Source: Candidatus Hydrogenedentota bacterium
Lineage (GTDB): Bacteria > Hydrogenedentota > Hydrogenedentia > Hydrogenedentales > SLHB01
Length of the DNA: 32,295 nucleotides
Assembly (NCBI GenBank): GCA_045863295.1
Contig: BTWA01000050.1
Coordinates: 1-32,295, forward strand
Direction: 5' to 3'
Shown: positions 24,128-31,600 of the stretch, one piece after another
Layout of the letters: each line of letters starts with the position of its first letter
Position numbering within the stretch: the stretch's first letter is position 1
The notes under the pieces: model-generated
Told to the model about the DNA's origin: nothing
The model's database searches: none
What the model saw: only the letters and a program-made list of their open reading frames with translations
Made by a program: the position numbers and the translations under genes

Positions 24128-26473
24128 CTACTTCTTAATCAGCCAGACTTCACTCAAACGCGACGCTTGGCGCCAGTTGACTCCCGGTTCATGCGGCACA
24201 TCAAACGTGAGTACAATCGTGCCGCTTTCATACAACGCCTGAGGAATTGGAAATTCCTTTATCTCCCCTATCCCCTTGCCGTCAAGCGTTGGCGTAATGA
24301 GTGTGCCGTTGACGCGCGGAAGGCATTGAGCAAGGCCGGTTGTACGTAATACATACGTTGCTGCCGTGTCCAGATTGTCATAGCGAAGACCGATGGGCCA
24401 GTCCATCTTGCCTATCCACGACTGCCTTACACGCGTCTTTCCTTCATCCCACCACATAAAGTCGGGATTCGGATTGCGGCGCATCAATGGGTCTGTGCTC
24501 ACGGCCTCGCCTCGAAGCACGCGATCCGATTGGGCGACGTTGCCGATGTCGTCGTAAAGACTGCCAGGCCCGGGATTTTCCCAAGTTGCAATTGTCTTCA
24601 AACGTTCGAGCTTTGCTTCTTCCGTTTCAAGTTTACGAATCTCCGCAAACTGGTCCTCATACCACCACCGGTTGTTCAGCGGATGATCCACGAAATCCAA
24701 CACCGCGCTCCGCTGCGGATTGTTGGCCTTGTACTTTTCCACACTGCTCTGGTACCCGATGCTCTTGAACAACTCTTCACACAAGGTTTCGACTTTGGCG
24801 CGCAATTCAGGCCTGGGATTGTTCGAATCCGCCTGCGCAAAAACCGCCAACGCCTGCTCCATCCGTGAATCCGCACCGCCGGCCAAATCGCTCAAGAGTA
24901 CGGCATTTGCCTGTTTCTCCAACCGGTCCTCCCGAATCAGTCGCGCGCGTACGTAGGCATCGTAGTTCGCCTTGAGTAAGCACAACTGCCATCGCCAGTT
25001 GCCCTTTAGCTCCGGCGCCGCTGCTTCCAAACCCTGCCAGTGCGTCAATGTCGCTTCGACACCGCCGTTGTCCGCCAGGGACCCATGCCAGTTCCGCTCC
25101 AGCGCATAAATGCCATCAGCCGCCTTCACGGCCACATGCGGTCCAAAGAACACACGGCAATACTCGATCAACACATCCCGCACATCGGCGTCGTAATCCC
25201 AACCGAGCGCGCTGAAAATGGTCTTGTTGACATCGTCGTGCATGCCGTCCGAGTACGAAATAAACCCATCTGTCGACTTGGCAAAAGCCCTGAATAGCGT
25301 ACTGAAATAGACGGGTTGTGGATTGGTGCCTTCACGGCCCGATGTAAAGGCAAACGCCGGATCAAGCCAAGGCGCGGGGTACTGTGCCCTCACTGTGTGC
25401 GTAATATCGGGATAATCGCGGAGCTGATACTGCTTGGGCAGCCGCGCCCGCAACTCCGGCAGGGGCTTGCTCGATGGACCGCCTACCGCGCCGCCAAACC
25501 ATGTGGGTTGATTCTTGGTGATCCAATCAAAAAAGTAGTCGACCTCCGGGTCGTCGAATCCCTGTAGCGACATCCACACCTTGGCGTGTGGATGGTGCTT
25601 CTTCAGCAACTTCGATACGTCCTCCAGAAACGGCATCACATCCTGAGGATGATTGTTGCCGGGATCGCCTCCTGGAAAGAAGACCGCGTCCAGGTGCGTG
25701 CATTCCTTATAGAACCCCTCGTGTTCCTGTAGATGGGCAGCGCGTTTGGCCGCGTCCGTCAAATCGACGGTCGCCGGGGTCCACACCCAGTAAGCCACCC
25801 CGTACTTCTCGCAGATGGTGCCCAGTCTCTTGTTCATTTCTTGCCGCGAAACCGGCATAAGAGGACTCTCGTCATCCTGAAACGGTATGTTCTCCACCGC
25901 ATTGACTCCGAACAGAGCCAACTCACGGATATACTGCTCATACTGTTCCGGAGTCCATGCGTCGTAAGAGTTGGCCGTCGTGCGATACCCCAATTGGTGC
26001 CCACGAATCGGTAATTCCGGAGATTCCACGGCGTTCAGCGCCGCAGTCAATCCCACAGCGCCTTTACCCCACTCCAATTGACGAAGTAGTTTTCCGACAC
26101 CGTTTAGGGCGCCCTTGGGGTCGACTCCCGCTATCCATATCACGTCGCCTTCCGTCGCAATGGCGAAGCCTTCTTTTGCGGTAATCGCGCCCTTCGTCGG
26201 TACATGCTTTCCTTTCAGTGTATTGGACGTCCCGGACAACACCGCGATCGCCTTGCCCACTTTGGGCCACGTTGTAGAAACCGGCCACCGTATGCCCGTT
26301 CGCTTCTCTACCTCTTCCACGAGCACGGTTGCCGCAGTCTGCTCTACCAGAGGCACTTTACCGCTCCGCACCACGACGGTAGCATTGCCAAGATCAATGG
26401 TCGGTTGTGCCTGTGCCCATCCGGCCAGCACACCCGTCAACATGAACCCCACGAACCACTTTCGTTTCAGCAC
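24128..26473 (-). CDS. Secreted protein with GH20/GH67 N-terminal (zincin-like) domain and uncharacterised catalytic-type domain
   Basis: AAGGAG RBS then GTG 26473. Signal peptide ending AQA. EGFAIATEGDVIWIAGVDPKGALNGVGKLL...ESPELPIRG is typical of GH20b/GH67-N domains. It is followed by YIRELALFGVNAVE and DAVFFPGGDPG. Confidence 0.65.
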   Translation of the reverse strand: MLKRKWFVGFMLTGVLAGWAQAQPTIDLGNATVVVRSGKVPLVEQTAATVLVEEVEKRTGIRWPVSTTWPKVGKAIAVLSGTSNTLKGKHVPTKGAITAKEGFAIATEGDVIWIAGVDPKGALNGVGKLLRQLEWGKGAVGLTAALNAVESPELPIRGHQLGYRTTANSYDAWTPEQYEQYIRELALFGVNAVENIPFQDDESPLMPVSRQEMNKRLGTICEKYGVAYWVWTPATVDLTDAAKRAAHLQEHEGFYKECTHLDAVFFPGGDPGNNHPQDVMPFLEDVSKLLKKHHPHAKVWMSLQGFDDPEVDYFFDWITKNQPTWFGGAVGGPSSKPLPELRARLPKQYQLRDYPDITHTVRAQYPAPWLDPAFAFTSGREGTNPQPVYFSTLFRAFAKSTDGFISYSDGMHDDVNKTIFSALGWDYDADVRDVLIEYCRVFFGPHVAVKAADGIYALERNWHGSLADNGGVEATLTHWQGLEAAAPELKGNWRWQLCLLKANYDAYVRARLIREDRLEKQANAVLLSDLAGGADSRMEQALAVFAQADSNNPRPELRAKVETLCEELFKSIGYQSSVEKYKANNPQRSAVLDFVDHPLNNRWWYEDQFAEIRKLETEEAKLERLKTIATWENPGPGSLYDDIGNVAQSDRVLRGEAVSTDPLMRRNPNPDFMWWDEGKTRVRQSWIGKMDWPIGLRYDNLDTAATYVLRTTGLAQCLPRVNGTLITPTLDGKGIGEIKEFPIPQALYESGTIVLTFDVPHEPGVNWRQASRLSEVWLIKK

Positions 26474-26618
26474 GTGAACTCTCCTTATGTCATAATGCGG
26501 ATTGGAGCTGGATAAACGTCCAATCCAGCCATTGTAATGGAACGCAACCGCTGGCAGGAAACACTTCATTCAGCCGCGCAATCGGCCGATCCGGCGGGCG
26601 GAAACCCGAGGCACTACC

Positions 26619-28151
26619 ATGCAACAGCAACGCGGCAATTGCACCAGTCACACTCTTAACCGCAGAACGTTTCTTGCGGCGGCCACCATGGCCGCTACCG
26701 GCCTGACCGCCCGCGGCCTCGAACGCGTTCAACAATCGCAGTCCCAAGTCGATAGGCACTTGACGGAGTATTTTTCCACCCAGGACAATTCCACGGGAAA
26801 CGCGCGTCCCGCCGATCAAAGACCCAACATTCTGCTCATTACCACGGATCAGCAATGGGCGGGCGCCATGAGTTGTGCGGGAAATCCGTACGTAAATACG
26901 CCCTCGATCGATAGCATCGCAAGCAACGGGGTTCAATTCGAGTGCGCCTATTGCGCCAATCCCATATGTGTCCCGTCTCGCACAAGCTACATGACAGGCA
27001 CCCCGTCGCACGAGAACGGGGTAGTAACAAACATGCGGCCGGATCAGATCGATGTGGCCGTCCCATGTCTTGCAAAAGTCCTGAAAGACAATGGCTACGA
27101 CACCGGATACGTAGGAAAATGGCATCTCCCGCACTCAATATCAGACACCAAATGGAGTGGATTCGATTTCACCGCGAATATCCGAAGTGGCGCCGTAGAC
27201 TTTGATGTCCCGGCCTCGTGCGCTGAATTTATGGTAAAGAGACGCAGCAACCCATACTTTCTCGTGGCTTCGTTCGTAAACCCACACGACATCTGCGAAT
27301 GGGCAAGGCGTTACAGCGGCATCGAAGAGCAACTCGGCAATGGGGAAATCGGCGCACCGCCACCACCGGATCAGTGTCCACCCATCCCGTCGAATCATGC
27401 CATACCAGAACCAGAGCCCGGGGTAATTCGTCAGCACCAGGCCGAGGAAAGTATGGCGAACGCGTACCCGACTCGAGATTGGACTGTGGAGGATGACCGG
27501 TGGCGTCAGTATCTCTGGGGCTACTACCGCATGATCGAACTTGTGGACACATACATCGGCCAAGTGCTCGAGGTTCTGCGGAAAACCGGCCAAGAAGAAA
27601 ATACAGTCATAGTGTTCACCAGCGATCACGGCGATGGAATGGGCGCTCACCGTTGGAATCAAAAAACCCTCTTTTATGATGAGGTATCTCGAATTCCGTT
27701 CATCGTAAGTTGGAAAGGACACACCAAGGCTGCCGCACGAGATCGAAAACGCCTCGTGAACATGGGCCTCGATCTCTTCCCAACCATGTTCGACTTCGCC
27801 GGCATCGAGAAACCGGCTTATCTACGAGGACTGAGCGCTGCGCCGAATGCAATGGGCATTGCATCTTCGCCCACCCATCCCTACATCGTATCCGAGAACA
27901 ACCACCATAAAGGATTCGGGAACCCAACCGGAGTGCACGGCAGAATGCTCCGCACCCCGCGATATAAGTACATCCGGTACAACGAAGGAGCAAACCCTGA
28001 ACAACTGTTTGACATGCAATTAGACCCAGGCGAAACCAAAAATATCGCCGTCGACATTCAATCGCAATCTATCCTGAACGAACATCGACACCTCTTGCAG
28101 GAATATATTGAATGTACATCGGACAACTTCCCCGCGATATGGACTGAGTGA
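26619..28151 (+). CDS. Formylglycine-dependent (Cys-type) sulfatase, Tat-exported
   Basis: NRRTFLAA Tat motif, PNILLITTDQQ, CVPSRTSYMTG (CxPxR), GKWH, NPHD, FTSDHGDG, QK, RIPFI, EQLFD..DPGETKN. Confidence 0.92.
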   Translation: MQQQRGNCTSHTLNRRTFLAAATMAATGLTARGLERVQQSQSQVDRHLTEYFSTQDNSTGNARPADQRPNILLITTDQQWAGAMSCAGNPYVNTPSIDSIASNGVQFECAYCANPICVPSRTSYMTGTPSHENGVVTNMRPDQIDVAVPCLAKVLKDNGYDTGYVGKWHLPHSISDTKWSGFDFTANIRSGAVDFDVPASCAEFMVKRRSNPYFLVASFVNPHDICEWARRYSGIEEQLGNGEIGAPPPPDQCPPIPSNHAIPEPEPGVIRQHQAEESMANAYPTRDWTVEDDRWRQYLWGYYRMIELVDTYIGQVLEVLRKTGQEENTVIVFTSDHGDGMGAHRWNQKTLFYDEVSRIPFIVSWKGHTKAAARDRKRLVNMGLDLFPTMFDFAGIEKPAYLRGLSAAPNAMGIASSPTHPYIVSENNHHKGFGNPTGVHGRMLRTPRYKYIRYNEGANPEQLFDMQLDPGETKNIAVDIQSQSILNEHRHLLQEYIECTSDNFPAIWTE

Positions 28152-28292
28152 ACTCTGCTCGCACAACAAAAGTTTCCGATACCAAGCTTTCTGTCGTAAC
28201 ACACTACGCCACAATTGGTTAACAACGCAGACGCAAGACGGCACTTCAGTTCCCCTTGCCACCCCAATTACACTGTTTTGCACATATAGATA

Positions 28293-28301
28293 TGGTATAC
28301 T
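28293..28301 (+). promoter_or_regulatory. Candidate extended -10 promoter for the NHL/C13 gene
   Basis: TGGTATACT (TGn-TATACT) in an AT-rich patch. No well-spaced -35. Confidence 0.4.
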
Positions 28302-28331
28302 TATTTCCAGCAACGGGGAGCACGTGCAGTT

Positions 28332-28360
28332 GCGTCACTATCGGGCAGTGACGTTTCTTC
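28332..28360 (+). terminator. Terminator-like hairpin
   Basis: CGTCACT-atcgggc-AGTGACG (28333-28353) followed by TTTCTT. Confidence 0.4.
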
Positions 28361-28433
28361 GAGGGAGCCGAAAATCCGCCGCGCATGTGTCGTTGCAAAT
28401 GACTGAAAGCGGTATTGCTGCGTCAAAGGGGAG

Positions 28434-28458
28434 CTGGAAGTGCCGATGGCACTTCCAG
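28434..28458. other. Perfect 11-bp hairpin abutting a GGAGG sequence
   Basis: CTGGAAGTGCC-gat-GGCACTTCCAG, with GGAGG at 28459-28463. Confidence 0.7.
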
Positions 28459-28601
28459 GGAGGACGTACGTACAGCATGCGACATGTGTTTGTAGCAACA
28501 AGAATTCAAGGACAAAGCTCTTTGGATTCCATACTATCTTGTTCATACCATGTCTGGCTGTCGCCGGCTATTGTATCTTCACAGTTCGTACAGTGCACTG
28601 T

Positions 28602-31600
28602 ATGATAGAAACTGAATTAGATACCAAACGCGACCTAGAGTCTGGCTTGCCCAAGAAAATCGCTGCGTACGCTCTCATATTGGTTTCATTTACCTCGTTT
28701 CATTCATTCGCGGATCCCACCTACCGCTTCGAACGCACGTGGCCAACTTTGCAGCAGCCTTGGTATTTCGCGAGGGCGTCCGGTGTTGTCGTAGATGATT
28801 CGGGTATTGTCTACATACTTGAAACGAACAATTCTCGCATCCAGAAGTTTGACGGAAATGGCATCCTTCTTTCCAGATGGGGAAGTCAAGGGACAGCGGA
28901 CGGGATGTTTCAACAACCTCGGGGAATTGCCTTGGACCGTGACGGCAATATTCTCGTTTCCGACACATTCAATAGCCGAGTACAAAAATTTGATCCTAAT
29001 GGTAAGTTTCTTGGGAAATGGGGAAAGCAGGGTGCGGGGGCGGGTCTGTTTCTCCTCCCAAAAGGAATAGCGACCGGCAAGGAGGGCGCCGTATTTGTAG
29101 TCGATAGCGGAAACGATCGAATTCAAAAATTTGACAGCGATGGTGCATTTATCACTATGTGGGGCAGTACCGGAGCAAGTGATGGGCAGTTTGAGTTCCC
29201 TGATGGTATTGCGGTTGATAGTACTGGCACGATCTATGTGGTGGATATGGGCAATAGCCGAATCCAGAAGTTTGACGAGAATGGAAACTTTCTTGGCAAA
29301 TGGGGGACGTTTGGATCTGGCCAAGGCCAGTTTGTGATTCCGGCGGCAATCACTGTTGGTGACACCGGGGTTGTTTGTGTCAGCGACCATCTACGAATAC
29401 AGAGGTTCGACCCGAGTGGCGCATTCCTGAGCGAGTTCAAAGATTATGTTTCCGATGGATACCTTTGGCGCATTTCGCCAGAAGGTCTTTTTTTGGACAA
29501 GACCAGCTGTCTTTACGCGGTGCAGGGAGGATGGGTGTGGAAATTTGTCACCGAGGATCGTCCCCAGACGCGGTGGGAAGCGTCGGGATGGAGAGGAGGT
29601 GAATTTCTTAATCCTTACGGGATTACCGCTGATGACATTGGAAATGTATATGTAGTCGATTCGGGCATGGGACGAATCCAAAAGTTCGACGCGAATGGAA
29701 ATTTCTTGCTGAAGTGGGGAACAACTGGATCTGGAAATGGACAATTCTTTCTACCGGAAGCCGCGGCATTCGATTCAAGCAACAATCTCTATGTTGCCGA
29801 TACGTATTCTCACCGGATTCAGAAGTTTACTCAGGAGGGCGTGTTTCTGGGTAAATGGGGTAGTCAGGGTGTTGGAGATGGACAGTTTGATCGTCCAACC
29901 GGTATTGCAGTTGACGCATCAGGAAATGTGTATGTCGCTGACTCCAACAACGACCGTATTCAGAAGTTTACCGGCGACGGTCTGTTCATAGAAAAATGGG
30001 GCACAACAGGTTCGGCTGATGGACAATTAAATAACCCAACGAGTGTGGCACTGGATTCGGTTGGACATGTATTTGTCTCTGATACTTCCAACAACAGAAT
30101 TCAAAAGTTTGATGAGCATGGAGTGTACTTGGGCAAGTGGGGAAGTTTTGGAAGTAGCGACGGCAAGTTCTTGTATGACTTTAGAATTACTATAAGTGAT
30201 GAAGACCTCTTGTATGCGATGGATAGTCAATCGGGCAGGGTTCAGATTTTCGATTTAAGTGGCACATTCATTCAAAAATGGGGGAGTTACGGCTCAAGTA
30301 CTGGACAGTTTAGCTCCGCATTTGGAATTGCTGTCGCACCCAATGGTGATGTATATGTCGCAGACACATTTAACCATCGTGTTCAGAAGTTTGCCGCGAT
30401 TGAATTGGAGAAGGATTCGAAAGCGGTTGTGGTCGCTGGGGGCGGACCATATCTTGGCAACAACTTGTGGGACTCCACACAAGCCTCAGCAAATTTTGCG
30501 TATCGCGCATTGAGTCATCAAGGCTTTGGAAAGAGTTCAATTTACTATCTATCCTCTGATACTCAGTTGGACCTAGACGAAAATGGTGTTGCCGATGATG
30601 TGGATGGAGAAGCGACCCTGACAAACCTGCAGTACGCTTTGAACGTATGGGCTCCGTCAGAGTTGAATGGCGTGCCGACGGGCGATGTGGTGGTCTATCT
30701 AGTGGATCACGGAGGCCCGGGCACATTACGCATGAGCGGGACGGAGACTCTGGATGCTTCTGTTTTTGCATCTTGGTGCAACACGTTGCAAGCAAACATT
30801 CAGGGCAAGCTCACGGTGGTGTACGACGCCTGTGAATCCGGGACATTTGTATCAGCGCTCAGCGCGCCTGTGTTTGCCGGCAGCCGTTTAGTGCTTACCA
30901 GTACGTCGCCTGGTGAAGAGGCCTACTTTGTTACGACCGGTACGATATCGTTCTCGAATTATTTTTGGACGCAGGTGTTTAATGGCGCAACAGTGGGTGA
31001 GGCCTTCGACATTGCGAACGCCGCCATGAGTCAGACGTTTCAGTTTCAGCATCCGTTGCTAGACGATAACGCGAACGGGCAAGGCAATGACGGTGGGGAT
31101 GGCGCGCTCGCCGCACTCACTCATATCGGCAATGGCACGCAGCAACACTGGACGGGTCCGGTAATTGGCGGCGTGTCGCCGGTGCAGAATCTAGATGGTA
31201 CAGCGACGTCAACGTTATGGGCAGACCCAGTGACCGATGCGGATGGTGTGGCGCGTGTGTGGGCAATCGTGCGATCGCCAAATGGTCAATCTGCGTCGTC
31301 TGGGACACCTGTTACTGGCATGCCGAGTGTGGATTTCAGTCCGGTGAGTGGAAACAGGTGGGAAGCGAACTATAGTGGATTTACGTCTGAAGGTACATAT
31401 ACCGTACTGGTCTACGCGCGTGATCGAATAGGTAATACATCTGCGCCTGAAGCAACGGAGGTGATAGTCAGTAATCCCTTGTCCAGGAAGGTTCTTATAG
31501 TTGCAGGAGGTGATCCAAGCTCCATTATTTGGCCGGTCTACGAAAAGACCGCTCAGTGGGCATACAGCGGTCTCATTTCACAGGGGTATGGCGACGAGAC

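Larger units (their letters stand above)
28239..28445. repeat. Imperfect ~30-bp inverted repeat pair about 145 bp apart
   Basis: The left arm CGGCACTTCAGTTCCCCTTGCCACCCCAAT (28239-28268) is the near reverse complement of the right arm ATTGCTGCGTCAAAGGGGAGCTGGAAGTGCCG (28414-28445). Confidence 0.7.

Noticed and set aside
28108..28605. 165-aa ORF spanning the intergenic region
   Set aside because: No recognisable motifs, overlaps the sulfatase end, and covers promoter-like and hairpin elements. Only its last 42 codons are kept as a tentative uORF.
28760..30392. Periodic repeats as a CRISPR array or DGR template/variable repeats
   Set aside because: The repeats are degenerate at synonymous positions and in-frame, so they are protein-level NHL repeats. 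No cas or reverse transcriptase gene is present.
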